A stretch of 62,295 nt of DNA, the filler included, from a bacterium (GTDB taxonomy: Bacteria; JALSQH01), in NCBI GenBank assembly GCA_027004335.1. It is 10 parts of 10 records of this genome, joined end to end, with 100 filler letters (N's around TTAATTAATTAA, not from the genome) between each part and the next. Parts side by side here need not be neighbours in the genome. Positions count along the whole stretch, not along the records: positions 19,852 to 23,743 come from JALTID010000091.1; positions 23,844 to 27,718 come from JALTID010000092.1; positions 27,819 to 39,147 come from JALTID010000093.1; 7 more parts are not named here. One strand, given 5' to 3'. Shown here in pieces: positions 22,535-33,424 of this stretch; the stretch's first letter is position 1, and the number at the start of each line of letters is the position of its first letter. The notes beneath the pieces are model-generated. The model ran no database searches. It saw only the letters and a program-made list of their open reading frames with translations, and had not been told where the DNA came from. Both the position numbers and the translations under genes were made by a program.

Positions 22535-23509
22535 TTATACATTAAGGGGATGATGACATGCAACATGATGATCATTTCCTACATCTTCAAGAGGGGGTTC
22601 AATTTTAAAACATTCATCAGTTGCAAAGGGACATCTCTGAGCAAGAGGGCATCCTTTCGGGGGAGAGTAGGGACCCGGGGGGTCACCTTCTAATTTTACC
22701 TCAACGATCCCATGTGGGATTTCCTCTCCTGGCACAGCAGATAACAGAGCATGGGAGTATGGATGATAAGGTTTTTCAAAAACATCTTTCACCCTGCCTA
22801 TCTCCATGATCTTCCCTAAATACATTACAGCAACTCTATCACTTATCTTTGAAACCACTCTCAGATCATGAGAAATGAAAAGATACGATAAATTGTATTT
22901 CTTCTGAAGATCAAGCAGAAGATTAAGTACCTGGGCTTGAATAGAAACATCAAGAGCTGAAACAGCCTCATCTGCCACAACAAGTTGAGGTTTCAAGGCA
23001 ATAGCCCTGGCAATAGCGATTCTCTGACGTCCTCCTCCACTAAATTCATGGGGATATCGGTAATAATCATCTGCCTGTAATCCAACCTGCTGGAGGAGAG
23101 AAATTACAATCTCCTTCCTCTTTACAGGATCTCTCTCAATATGATGAATTACCAATGGCTCTTCAATAGCTTTACCAACTCTGATTCTTGGATTCAATGA
23201 GGAAAATGGATCCTGAAAAATTATCTGCATATTTTTTCTGTAGGGGCGTAATTTTCTCTCTGAGAGATGAGTAATATCAATTCCCTTAAAGAAAATTTCT
23301 CCATTATCCGGCACATATAGACGGATCACGGTTCTTCCAAGGGTGGACTTACCACAACCAGATTCACCTACAAGGCCAAGAGTTTCTCCCTTTCTTATAA
23401 AAAAAGACACTCCATTTACTGCATAGACCCTGAGAGGTTTACCCCATGTAGTAGAAGTTTTAAAAAATTTTGTTACATTCTCAATCCTCAACAATTCCTC
23501 TTCCTTCAT
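22535..23509 (-). CDS. Oligopeptide ABC transporter ATPase (OppF/DppF type)
   Basis: GESGCGKS, FQDPFSSLNPR, YPHEFSGG, HPY, and the C-terminal Cys cluster. Confidence 0.93.
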   Translation of the reverse strand: MKEEELLRIENVTKFFKTSTTWGKPLRVYAVNGVSFFIRKGETLGLVGESGCGKSTLGRTVIRLYVPDNGEIFFKGIDITHLSERKLRPYRKNMQIIFQDPFSSLNPRIRVGKAIEEPLVIHHIERDPVKRKEIVISLLQQVGLQADDYYRYPHEFSGGGRQRIAIARAIALKPQLVVADEAVSALDVSIQAQVLNLLLDLQKKYNLSYLFISHDLRVVSKISDRVAVMYLGKIMEIGRVKDVFEKPYHPYSHALLSAVPGEEIPHGIVEVKLEGDPPGPYSPPKGCPLAQRCPFATDECFKIEPPLEDVGNDHHVACHHPLNV

Positions 23510-23743
23510 ACAGAAAGCACCTCACATAATGACCTGCACTCACCATAACATAGGGGGGATTCTCTCTGGTGCATATCTCCTTTGCATATGGACAGCGTGG
23601 ATGAAACGGACACCCAGATGGTTTATCTGAAAGGTCAGGAACAAATCCCGGAATGCTTCTTAGTGGCTCCTTTCTGTCATACATTTTTACCGAAGGGATA
23701 GAATCAATTAACCCCTTTGTATATGGATGTAGAGGTGAAGAGA
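23481..23743 (-). CDS. C-terminal fragment of an oligopeptide ABC ATPase (OppD/DppD type)
   Basis: PLHPYTKGLIDSIP...IPGFVP...GCPFHPRC...VRC motifs. Confidence 0.88.
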
Positions 23744-23843
23744 NNNNNNNNNNNNNNNNNNNNNNNNNNNNNNNNNNNNNNNNNNNNTTAATTAATTAAN
23801 NNNNNNNNNNNNNNNNNNNNNNNNNNNNNNNNNNNNNNNNNNN

Positions 23844-24778
23844 GGAGAAGCATCCTGATCCATTTCTACTTTTGTGCCTAAGAGATGTCTGTTTGGATCG
23901 GCGGGAACCTCAGTATTGGCAGGAATTTTAGGAGCATCTGGTTTTGAACCATCCTGGGTTCCACCATATACTGTAGACCCCACTGCATACTTATTAAAGT
24001 AGTCACTTCCAAAGAATGTTCCCTGTACCCCAAGATCGTGATTACCTATTACTGCATACCAGGGAATTGTTTTTTTTAACCCCCATGCATGGAAGGGATC
24101 GTTAAAATCATTTCCCGGTCCTGGTACCGGATCATCATCCTTCCCTGTATCAGGATTTACCACTTTGCCATCCATGGTATCAATAACCCATCTTAATTCA
24201 ATGTATTCATCATTATCAATCAGGTCTCCTGTGAGAATAACAAAATCAAAATCCCTCGGTTTTGCTAGACCATTTATGGTCCTTACAACAGCATTAAGAA
24301 CCTGAGGTGAGTACATGCTCTGTCTTCTGTAGGCCCCCTGAGTTGATCCCTGTGTGTCAGCTTCTACCATTCTCATTGGTGATTCTTCATCGGTGATATG
24401 AAGATCGGTTAGATGAACAAAATAGAGCAACACAGCTCTCTCCGGATTATCGCTTCTTTTAAATGGTGGATCATTTCTTAAAATTATAGGCTCCCCGTCA
24501 CCAAAGGTATACTTTCCCAAGTTTTCTTTACTTTCATCATATTTATTACCATTCTGCGGAAGAGGCACAACTGGCTTTACTGTCTTATTCAGAGTGGTAA
24601 AGTATGGTCCTATTTTGTACTTATTCCCCGGCAGGTATGGATATGTTGAAGCTTTTGAAGGTGAGTTCCCACCACATGATGTAACAAAGGAGGGTAGAAT
24701 AGCAACCGCTATTGCTCCTTCTGCTAAATATTTTGCAAAATCTCTTCGTGTCATTTTTTTCTTCATCAGCCCTTTCAT
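23844..24778 (-). CDS. Tat-exported lipoprotein metallophosphoesterase (3' truncated)
   Basis: TRRDF Tat motif, VTSC lipobox, and TDLHITDEESP, TGDLIDN and GNHD motifs. Confidence 0.85.
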
Positions 24779-25218
24779 CTTCCTCTCCTTCCATGAATCT
24801 TATTTAGTAGAAGCGAAATTCTTTTCTTTGTTTCAGGGTCTTTTACATTGTTAAGGATAAAAATAAGATCCTCCTCAGAGATAGGGTCTCTGATTTTTTG
24901 CGAATTTTTTCCCATTTCTTCTCCTGCGCCAGTGGAACGGGGGAGAGTTCGGGCTATCTCTACCACAATATCCTTAACTTTAATCCCTGTTCCCTTCTGA
25001 ATCTTCTCAATAAGCAGGTCCCTGTTCATCAGGATTTCGTTTTTCCATACAGGATGTTTCACAGCAATGTAAAGTATATCTTTTGATATTTTCAACGGCA
25101 TGGAGTTTTCCTTTAGATTTTTTACTCCTATCTTTTCCCAGAAATCATGTATTGGAAAAATCTTGCCAAATAACCGCTCCCCTTCTTCTTCAAGGACTCT
25201 TTTTATCTCCTTCACCAA
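24775..25218 (-). CDS. DUF721 / DciA-like helicase-loader protein
   Basis: W..I.G, LYIAVKHPVWKNEI, LIEKI pattern. Confidence 0.7.
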   Translation of the reverse strand: MVKEIKRVLEEEGERLFGKIFPIHDFWEKIGVKNLKENSMPLKISKDILYIAVKHPVWKNEILMNRDLLIEKIQKGTGIKVKDIVVEIARTLPRSTGAGEEMGKNSQKIRDPISEEDLIFILNNVKDPETKKRISLLLNKIHGRRGR

Positions 25219-25223
25219 ACTTC

Positions 25224-25252
25224 ATTTTATATTTAGTTTGAAGTAGTGTCAA
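25224..25252 (-). promoter_or_regulatory. Sigma70-type promoter, probably giving a leaderless transcript
   Basis: TTGACA-17-TAAAAT ending 5-8 nt before the TTG/GTG start, with no SD. Confidence 0.6.
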
Positions 25253-25347
25253 GAAAGAAAAGAGTCTCTATATTTCTTCTTTTGATTTTCATCTTTATTG
25301 ATGTATAATAATTTTTAATTTTTGAGTTCCTTTTTCAGGAAAGGGAA

Positions 25348-25962
25348 GTGGAGCATTTAATAAATTTTCTTGGTGGTTACTCTGCGCATATAATTTATTT
25401 TTCTGTTTTTGCCTTCTTACTTCTCTGCGGATTGGGATTTCCTGTTCCTGAAGATATAATCTTATTAACCACAGGGTATTTTGTTCATACAGGTGATATT
25501 AAGTTGGTACCCTCCTTGATGATAACTTATCTTGGCGTCTTAATTGGTGATACAACGATCTTTTTAATTGGAAGAATATGGGGCCTCAGAATTTTGAAAT
25601 GGAAATTTTTCAAAAAGGTGTTGCCTGAGAGAAAATTGGAGATAGTGAGGCACCATTTTAATGTTTATGGTAACAAGACCATTTTTCTTGCAAGATTTGT
25701 CGTGGGAATAAGGTCCGTTACTTTCTGGTCAGCAGGGATGTCAGGTTTTAAGTACAGGTATTTTATATTTTATGATGGTATGGCAGCTATTATATCTGTT
25801 CCCCTTCTTGTTTACTTGGGATATTTCTTCGGGGAGAATATTGAGTATCTGGTTCATAATGTTAGAAGGATGGAGATTGCTGCTTCCATTATTGGTGGAA
25901 TTCTTTTGATTTTTCTTATATATTACAGTGTGAAGAAGTTTAAAAAGAGGGAAAATCCATGA
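25348..25962 (+). CDS. DedA-family membrane protein
   Basis: GLGFPVPED, GDTTIF..GR and FLARFVVGIR motifs. Confidence 0.93.
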   Translation: MEHLINFLGGYSAHIIYFSVFAFLLLCGLGFPVPEDIILLTTGYFVHTGDIKLVPSLMITYLGVLIGDTTIFLIGRIWGLRILKWKFFKKVLPERKLEIVRHHFNVYGNKTIFLARFVVGIRSVTFWSAGMSGFKYRYFIFYDGMAAIISVPLLVYLGYFFGENIEYLVHNVRRMEIAASIIGGILLIFLIYYSVKKFKKRENP

Positions 25963-26738
25963 AGGTTGGAATAATCTCTGTGGGGAGAGAAATTTTAAGG
26001 GGGAGGGTCCTTGATACAAATTCTAATTATCTTGCAAGAACATTAACTTCTATTGGCCATATTGTTGTCAGGATTTCTCAGGTTGATGATGTTCAGGAGA
26101 GTATAATATGGGAGATTAATTTCATGGCATCTTATCCTGTAGAGATTATAATTACCACTGGAGGGCTTGGCCCCACAGGTGATGATATTACGATAAAGTC
26201 TATTGCAGATGCTTTTGATGTCCCATGTAGAGTAAATAGAAAGGCTCTTGAAATTGTAAAGGAAAGGTACAACTTTTTTTATAGAGAAGGTGCTGTGGAT
26301 TCTCCGGTAATTACCTCAAATCGTAAGAAAATGGCTTGTTTTCCTGAGGGAGCCACCCCTCTCTATAATCCTGTGGGAGCTGCTCCTGCCATGAAGTGGG
26401 AAATAAATGATATAAAAATTTATGCTTTGCCAGGAGTTCCATCTGAGATGAAAGAAATTTTTCAGAAGGAAATTTCGCCTGAATTAGGAGGTTCTCTGAG
26501 ATATATTGAGCGTTTTTTTGAAACCCCATGTAAGGATGAGTCTAAGTTAAGTGAGTATCTCCGGATCATAGCGGAAAAAAATCCGGGAATTTACATAAAG
26601 AGCGTTCCGGAAAAATTTGGAAGAGATGTTTCCATAAAAGTTGTTATTGGTGCAACGGGTGAGGGCAAAAGAGAAGCTGAGAAAAGTATAAATGAAATTT
26701 ATTCTCTTTTAAAAGAGAAAATAGAGGAGCCGTGCTGA
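25959..26738 (+). CDS. CinA N-terminal (molybdopterin-binding-like) protein lacking a PncC domain
   Basis: VGREILRGRVLDTN, TTGGLGPTGDDIT and LPGVPSEM motifs. Confidence 0.88.
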   Translation: MKVGIISVGREILRGRVLDTNSNYLARTLTSIGHIVVRISQVDDVQESIIWEINFMASYPVEIIITTGGLGPTGDDITIKSIADAFDVPCRVNRKALEIVKERYNFFYREGAVDSPVITSNRKKMACFPEGATPLYNPVGAAPAMKWEINDIKIYALPGVPSEMKEIFQKEISPELGGSLRYIERFFETPCKDESKLSEYLRIIAEKNPGIYIKSVPEKFGRDVSIKVVIGATGEGKREAEKSINEIYSLLKEKIEEPC

Positions 26739-27409
26739 TGAAAAAATTGATTGCACCTTCTATCCTCTCGGCAGATTTTACCTGTTTGAGAGAAGAAATA
26801 AAGAGAGTAGAAGAGGCAGGCGCTGATTTGATCCATGTTGATGTTATGGATGGGCATTTTGTTCCCAATATAACTATGGGGCCTGTAGTAGTTGAAGCAG
26901 TGAGGAATGTAACTTCTCTCCCTGTAGATGTGCATTTGATGGTAGAGGAGCCCATCAGATATATTGAAGATTTTGCGGCGGCTGGGGCTGACTGGATCTC
27001 GGTACATATTGAGGGAGAGAAACATCTTGAGAGGATTCTTAGCAGGATAAGAAGTCTTGGAAAAAGGGGAGGGGTGGTTTATAATCCAGCTACGCCTCTT
27101 GATGGGATTGAGTATATAATGCATGCTCTTGATTTTGTTCTTATAATGACAGTTAATCCTGGTTTTGGAGGTCAGGAGTTGATCCCCTCTACCCTTGAGA
27201 AGGTGAAGTTGTTGAAAGAAAATTACAGAGTTAGAGAGAGGGGAATTCTTATTGAGGTAGATGGTGGAGTAAAAGTTGAGAATATCTCTTTTGTTGCTGC
27301 ATATGGGGTGGATGTGTTTGTCTCTGGAACTGGCATTTTCAAGACTAAGGATTACAAAAAAACGATAGAAAGAATGAGGAGCGAGATTGAAAAAAGTATT
27401 AAGAATTAA
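26732..27409 (+). CDS. rpe: Ribulose-phosphate 3-epimerase
   Basis: APSILSADF, HVDVMDGHFVPN, VNPGFGGQ and EVDGG motifs. Confidence 0.97.
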   Translation: MLMKKLIAPSILSADFTCLREEIKRVEEAGADLIHVDVMDGHFVPNITMGPVVVEAVRNVTSLPVDVHLMVEEPIRYIEDFAAAGADWISVHIEGEKHLERILSRIRSLGKRGGVVYNPATPLDGIEYIMHALDFVLIMTVNPGFGGQELIPSTLEKVKLLKENYRVRERGILIEVDGGVKVENISFVAAYGVDVFVSGTGIFKTKDYKKTIERMRSEIEKSIKN

Positions 27410-27718
27410 TTTTCTTCTGCTCCTGATGGCTTTTTTTATTTTTTCCTGTACAAAGAGGAAGAAATTTGATACTGCCCAATTAATTGTTGGTCTTGAGGGG
27501 AGTCCCTCTTCTTTTGATCCAAGAAGTGCTGCCGATGCTTACTCGGCAAGAATAAATTCGCTTATATACAATGGACTTGTGAGAATTGATGAACATGGAA
27601 GGATCCAGCCTGATCTTGCAGAAAAATGGGTTAGGAAGGGAAAGAGGATAATTTTTTATTTAAGAAAAGGTGTAAGATTTCAGGATGGGAAAGAATTGAC
27701 CTCTACAGATGTAAAATA
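27387..27718 (+). CDS. Peptide ABC substrate-binding lipoprotein (family 5), 3' truncated
   Basis: IFSC lipobox, DP, IYNGLV, PDLAEKW and LRKGVRFQDG motifs. Confidence 0.9.
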
Positions 27719-27818
27719 NNNNNNNNNNNNNNNNNNNNNNNNNNNNNNNNNNNNNNNNNNNNTTAATTAATTAANNNNNNNNNNNNNNNNNNNNNNNNNN
27801 NNNNNNNNNNNNNNNNNN

Positions 27819-28594
27819 GAAAGAGCCTTCTCTTTTTCCATAACAAGTACTACAGAAGCCCCATCATTTAGAGGAGACGAATTGCCGGCAGTAACCGTCC
27901 CATTAGGATCAAAAACAGGAGGAAGAGAGGCAAGTTTCTCAAGGGAAGTATCCCTTCTTGGACCATCATCTTTTTCTACCACATTTACCACATTATCATT
28001 TTCATCAAGAATCTCAATGGGAACCACTTCTCTTTTAAATTCCCCATTATCCCAGGCTGCCACTGCTTTTTGATGGCTCTTCAAAGCAAATTTATCCTGA
28101 TCCTCTCTGGATATCTTATACATATTCGCCACATTTATTGCAGTCTCCAGCATCGTTACAAAAGCCTGAGGATATTTACTCCAGAATTTTGCATTTGGTC
28201 TAGGAGATAATCCACCCATGGGAATGTGAGTCATACCCTCAACACCTCCTACTATAAAAGCATCCCCATCACCTACCCATATTGCATGAGTGGCAAAATG
28301 AAGAGCAGTCATGGCGGATCCACAAAACCTGTTAACAGTAACTCCTCCAGTTTCAATAGGAAGTCCAACCATAAATACCAGCATTCTTGCAATATTCATC
28401 CCCTGTTCTCCCTCAGGAAAAGCAGTTCCCCAGTATAGATCTTCAATAATCTCCCACGGGAAGCCCTCGTACCTACTCATCATTTTCTGTATTAACTGAG
28501 CGGAAAGATCATCAGGACGAATGTCCTTGAGACTACCTTTTTTTGCCTTACCAATCGGTGTCCGTAATGCTTCAACAATAACAGCTTCTCTCAT
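27819..28594 (-). CDS. Acetyl-CoA C-acyltransferase (thiolase), 3' truncated
   Basis: RTPIGK, NRFCGS catalytic Cys, and TAGNSSPLNDGA motifs. Confidence 0.95.
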
Positions 28595-28639
28595 TTTATC
28601 CTCCCTGGTTAAGATTAAGTTTTTGAAGTAATCTATTAC

Positions 28640-30523
28640 CTATAAGTCATCCAGATCAATATCATCCAGTAAAGATTCCAGATCCTCATCCTCCTCCTTC
28701 TTCTTTTTCTTCTTTTTCTTCTCCTCAGCAGGTTCTTCTTCAGATACTGTAATCTCTTTTAAAATATTTTCAACCTCTTCATCTTCATACTCTTCCATTC
28801 TATTTTCAGAAGAACTTTTTTCCTCCTTTGATTCAATCTCAGAAAGTAATTCATCTATTTCAATATCTTCTTCTCCCTTTTTTTCTTCAGATGTCTCTTC
28901 AAGATTTTTAAGCAATTCATCTATATCTTCTTCCTCTTCTTTTCTAGCTCCTTCTTCCTGTTCTCCCTCAGTTTCAAATTCCAATTCTTCTTCACTCAGT
29001 TCCTCTTCACCCGATTCTTCTCTTTCATTAACTTCCTTTTCCTCCTCAAGACCTTCAAGTAGTCTATCAATATCTTCCTCTCCTTCATTACCAGGTTCTT
29101 CAACTTTCCCTTTGCCTTCCATAGAAGGAATCCCTTCTTCCTCAACACCTACTTCACCAGTCTTTTCAGACTCACCACCTTCTTCAATCCCCTTCAGCAA
29201 TGCTTCAACATCCTCTTCTGAACCAAGCTCTTCTTCTATTTTCTCTTCAACACCAGCTTCTTTTTCATGAGATTCTTCACCTTCCATCTCCTTCAACAAT
29301 GCCTCAACTTCTTCTTCTGCATTCTCTCCTCCTTCCTCTTTCTCAATTTTACCTTTTTCCTCAACTGGCTCCTCAAATTCTTCTCCTTCTTCCATTCCCT
29401 TCAACAACGCCTCAATATCTTCCTCATCACTAACCTGCTCTTTTTCTTCCTCTGCCTCAATTCCAGATTCAACTCCTCCTTCATTTATATTCTCTTCCCC
29501 TGGGGCTTCAGGCACTCTTTCTTCTGAAACTTCCGATTCAACAATTTTCTCTTCACCACTTTCCTCCCCAATCACCAATTCCTCTGACGGAATTTCTTCC
29601 CCTTTATCTCTCTCTGAAACTGATTCTTCTACTTTCTCTCCTTCAACTCCTTTACCCTCGCTCTCAAGCTCCTTTAAAAGCGACTCAAGTTCAGCGCTGG
29701 TCCCCTCAGAAACATCTTCTTCCATAACCTGCTCCTCCTCAGCTGAAGTCTCCTCTTCTTTAATTGTCGCTTCCTTCTTCTCACCTTCTTCTGGGCCTGC
29801 TATTTCTCTTTTGGCTACAAGAGCTTTCTTCTCTTTAATAACCTCAAGAGAAGCAATTTCAACATCCTCAATTTCAACTTTTTCACAGGAATTCAAATAA
29901 GCATGGTACAATGCAATCTGAGCAATGTCATTCAATTTTTTCAGATTCCCTTCGCTTTTTTCAATCAGTAATTCAATTGCTTTTCCGTCAAAAATATTAC
30001 TTTTTCCTCCAGCATAATTTAAATATCCAGAAACATATCTCATAAGCTCCTTCTCAGAAGGCTTATTTAGAACAATCACCTTACTTCCGGAGACCTCTTC
30101 TTTAGTCACAACAATTACAACACCTCCAAAGGAACCAAGAACTTCTTCAACCATTCCAACAGATGATCCGAAATTCTGGTAATCATCAATTACAATAACA
30201 TTAGCCGAAGATTCTGAAATATTTTCAACGCCTGTTTCTTTAGAAACTACTTCTCTTAACCATTCTGCATTTGCTCCCTCAGGAACTGTAATAAACAAAA
30301 TTTTAACAGAATCAAGTGGCACATATTCAATTGCCTTTTTCAAAATGGTAGATTTACCTGATCCCTCTGGTCCAGAAAGATAATAAAAATCACTTTCTCC
30401 GTTTAAGACATTTAGTAACCGTGCCATCACCTTGCTTTGAGCAGAAAAAGTCATGAAAAATTTCCCATTCTCTATAGTAATAAATGGTTCACTTTTGAAG
30501 CCAAAAAAATCAAGAAAATTCAT
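28640..30523 (-). CDS. ExeA/GspA-like AAA ATPase with a roughly 380-aa acidic repeat tail
   Basis: FFGFKSEPF start, Walker A GPEGSGKST, IVIDD, and SEGNLKKLN. The Glu-rich tail carries nine (D/E)(I/V/L)(D/E)xLL-like motifs. Confidence 0.75.
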   Translation of the reverse strand: MNFLDFFGFKSEPFITIENGKFFMTFSAQSKVMARLLNVLNGESDFYYLSGPEGSGKSTILKKAIEYVPLDSVKILFITVPEGANAEWLREVVSKETGVENISESSANVIVIDDYQNFGSSVGMVEEVLGSFGGVVIVVTKEEVSGSKVIVLNKPSEKELMRYVSGYLNYAGGKSNIFDGKAIELLIEKSEGNLKKLNDIAQIALYHAYLNSCEKVEIEDVEIASLEVIKEKKALVAKREIAGPEEGEKKEATIKEEETSAEEEQVMEEDVSEGTSAELESLLKELESEGKGVEGEKVEESVSERDKGEEIPSEELVIGEESGEEKIVESEVSEERVPEAPGEENINEGGVESGIEAEEEKEQVSDEEDIEALLKGMEEGEEFEEPVEEKGKIEKEEGGENAEEEVEALLKEMEGEESHEKEAGVEEKIEEELGSEEDVEALLKGIEEGGESEKTGEVGVEEEGIPSMEGKGKVEEPGNEGEEDIDRLLEGLEEEKEVNEREESGEEELSEEELEFETEGEQEEGARKEEEEDIDELLKNLEETSEEKKGEEDIEIDELLSEIESKEEKSSSENRMEEYEDEEVENILKEITVSEEEPAEEKKKKKKKKEEDEDLESLLDDIDLDDL

Positions 30524-30536
30524 TTCATCCCCCTTT

Positions 30537-32792
30537 TTATTTTGCCTTCATTACTTTCTCTTTTATTGACTTAATTCTCTCAATAATATCTCTGTAATGT
30601 TTGTCCTTTTCCAGCACATTTTTATAAAAATAAATCGCTTTTTTAAAATCCTCCTTGTTCTCGTATATCCTGCCAATCTCATAATTCAATTCAAGGTAAG
30701 CATCTTCACTTACCCCATCAGCCTTTAGAGCCTTTAAAAACCATCTTATAGCTTCAAGAGGCTGGTCATTATCACGATAGCAGAGACCAATCATCGTCGC
30801 AGATTGAACAAATCGTGAAGGATCCCTTGCAGCAGTTTTAAACTCTTCAATAGCATCATCAAAAAGACCCATCTCCTTATATGCAATTCCAAGATCATAA
30901 TGGGCGGCACTATCCTCATCGCTCAGTTCCTTTTTAACACCTTCTTTAAACGCACTTAAAACCTCTTCCATTGTAGGAACATCAGATTTGCTTCCTCCAG
31001 TCTCTTCTTCAGGTAATTTGTCTCCAATCAACTCCTTAAGATCCACCTGATCCTCAATAATTTCTTCAACATCTTCAATTATTTCATCAGATTCAATAAT
31101 TTCTTCAGAAGAAGAATTTAACCGGGTAGCTGCGTTCTCTCCAGTTGCTCTTTGGGGATTTTCAGCCTCTGTTAATTCAGTCCCACTATGCTCCTCTATT
31201 TTCTTTTTTAAATTTTTAAGTTTCCTCCTTACATCTGTTAATTCAGGATGCTTTTTGAGAATCTTCTCATAGAGACTTATAGCTTCCTCAACCAATCCCT
31301 GATTTGCAAAAAATTCTGCATCAGAGAGATCCTCTTCAACGGAATCAGAAATTCCTTCCTCTTCAAGTTCTACACCCACACTCTCCATATCAAGTTCACT
31401 CTCAGCGAGAATATCAGAATCATCACCGGGAACAACCATATTAAGTTCTTCTTCACCCTTATCTACCAAAGAAAACTTATCTATATTTTTTTGAACGAGG
31501 CTATGATTAGGATCGATCCTCAGAGCTTCTTCAAAATATTCCCTTGCACTCACTATATCTCCAAGACTTTCGGAAATTTCCGCAAGAGCTATAAGATGTG
31601 GAATAGCACCCCCAGGTTTAAATTTCTTATAGGAATCAATAAGCTTAGCCCTTGCATCAACATTGTTAGGATCAAGTTTAACAGCACGCTCCAGAGATTC
31701 AATAGCTTTATCAAACAAACCATTTTCAATAAAAACATCAGCCCTTCTCAACAATCCCGATAACTGGGGCTGAGTTTCATCAAGCGTTGTGGTTCCACCA
31801 AACATCTCTCCAGTAGCAGTATCTACCTCAGCAACAAAGGCTCCTTCTTCATCTTCCTCACCAAGAACTTCATCCTCAACAAGTAACTCTACTTTTTCTT
31901 CCTCTTCCTTTATACCAAGCACTTTTTTGGCATCATCATTCTGAGGATCAATTTCCAGGATTTTTTCAGCAATTTTTACCTTGCTTTTTGCATCATTCCT
32001 ATACTCCTTAAGAGATTCTTTTAATATTTGAACAGCTTTTTCCTTTTTCCCAAGTAACTGGTAGCCTCTTGAAAGTAGAATAAAATCATCAGGCTTAAAT
32101 TCTCCAGCATCATAAATTACTTTAAGTTTTGAAATTCCCTTTTTAGGATTGCCAATATGAAAGTATATCTGAGCAAGGTCTCTCAAAATTGAAACATCTC
32201 TGGGCCTAAAATTTAACAGCTTTTCGTAGAAAGCTGCTAACTCTTCAAGTCTATGGTGGAGTTTAAACCCCTCTACTACGGGTTGAATCCTGACTTCAGC
32301 TTCCCTCTCCTTCCCGGCAGTAAAAAGCGATTCAACATATTTTGCTTTGATAGAATAATCCTCAGGATCAAGTCTAACCATCTTCTCAAGTACATCAGCT
32401 GCCTTATCCAGTCTGCCTTCAAGTTCATATAATCTAACAACATTTCTGTAATGTCTTAAAGCATCTTTTATAAGTCCAGTATTCGCATAAAATTCTGCAA
32501 GCTTGTAATGGAGATCTATTCTCCTGGGATCAAGATCAAGAGCTTGCTTATAAGCTGCGGCTGCTTTTGTATCAAAACCTTTTTTCCTATATTCTTCGGC
32601 TGCCTTAATAAAATACTTAATAGCTTCGTCTTTTTTCCCACTTTTCTGATAAAGATCCCCGACCTTAGTAAGAATTCTCACATCTGAAGGATCATCCTTT
32701 AGAATATTGAGATACTCCTGAATCGCCTTCTCATATTGACCTTTTTGAATAAATTTAAGTGCTTTTTCCAAAGCCTTAGTCCTATTCGCCAC
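30537..32792 (-). CDS. Multi-TPR protein, SgmX/Bd2492-like
   Basis: N-terminal TPR array, acidic linkers, and C-terminal HYDLGIAYKEMGL TPR cluster. Lies downstream of pilQ and efp. Confidence 0.7.
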   Translation of the reverse strand: MANRTKALEKALKFIQKGQYEKAIQEYLNILKDDPSDVRILTKVGDLYQKSGKKDEAIKYFIKAAEEYRKKGFDTKAAAAYKQALDLDPRRIDLHYKLAEFYANTGLIKDALRHYRNVVRLYELEGRLDKAADVLEKMVRLDPEDYSIKAKYVESLFTAGKEREAEVRIQPVVEGFKLHHRLEELAAFYEKLLNFRPRDVSILRDLAQIYFHIGNPKKGISKLKVIYDAGEFKPDDFILLSRGYQLLGKKEKAVQILKESLKEYRNDAKSKVKIAEKILEIDPQNDDAKKVLGIKEEEEKVELLVEDEVLGEEDEEGAFVAEVDTATGEMFGGTTTLDETQPQLSGLLRRADVFIENGLFDKAIESLERAVKLDPNNVDARAKLIDSYKKFKPGGAIPHLIALAEISESLGDIVSAREYFEEALRIDPNHSLVQKNIDKFSLVDKGEEELNMVVPGDDSDILAESELDMESVGVELEEEGISDSVEEDLSDAEFFANQGLVEEAISLYEKILKKHPELTDVRRKLKNLKKKIEEHSGTELTEAENPQRATGENAATRLNSSSEEIIESDEIIEDVEEIIEDQVDLKELIGDKLPEEETGGSKSDVPTMEEVLSAFKEGVKKELSDEDSAAHYDLGIAYKEMGLFDDAIEEFKTAARDPSRFVQSATMIGLCYRDNDQPLEAIRWFLKALKADGVSEDAYLELNYEIGRIYENKEDFKKAIYFYKNVLEKDKHYRDIIERIKSIKEKVMKAK

Positions 32793-32810
32793 AATTTTTA
32801 CCTCAAAAAG

Positions 32811-33371
32811 TTATGAAACTCTTTCAACATATTCTCCTGTCCGTGTATCAATCTTTACCACATCACCTCTACTGATAAAAAGCGGAACATTTACAACAAC
32901 TCCTGTCTCAAGTTTGGCAGGCTTTGAACCACCTGAGACAGTGTCGCCCCTTACACCAGGCTCAGTTTCTACAATCCTCAGCTCTACAAAATTGGGAAGT
33001 TCAATATCAATGGCTTTTCCTCTATAAAAAAGAATAGTTACATTAACCCCCTCCTGTAAATATCCTGTTTTTTCACCTAAACTCTCCCGTGAAATTGAAA
33101 CTTGATCGTAGGTTTGATTATCCATAAACCAACAGCCATCATTATCAAAATATAAAAATTGCATTTCCCTCTCTTCAAGATCAGGTTTTTCAAATTTATC
33201 ACCCGACCTGAAATTAATATCAAGAATATTTCCAGTTAAAAGATTTCTCATCCTTGTTTTTACAAATGCAGCACCTTTTCCAGGCTTAACATGTTGAAAT
33301 TCCGCAATTTCGTATGGCTCTCCCTTGTATTCAATCTTTAAACCCCGCCTGAAATCAGTAGTATTGTACAT
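32811..33371 (-). CDS. efp: Elongation factor P
   Basis: HVKPGKGAAF, PGVRGDT and KIDTRTGEY motifs. Confidence 0.98.
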   Translation of the reverse strand: MYNTTDFRRGLKIEYKGEPYEIAEFQHVKPGKGAAFVKTRMRNLLTGNILDINFRSGDKFEKPDLEEREMQFLYFDNDGCWFMDNQTYDQVSISRESLGEKTGYLQEGVNVTILFYRGKAIDIELPNFVELRIVETEPGVRGDTVSGGSKPAKLETGVVVNVPLFISRGDVVKIDTRTGEYVERVS

Positions 33372-33424
33372 TTACACCTCCACCCTTTACAACTCTTCTA
33401 AATTTAATTCTATCACAGCAAAAA

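Noticed and set aside
28640-29800. Low-complexity TTC/CTC-rich DNA and antisense ORFs at 29200-29527
   Set aside because: Explained by Glu-rich coding on the minus strand. There is no nucleotide-level repeat-spacer structure.
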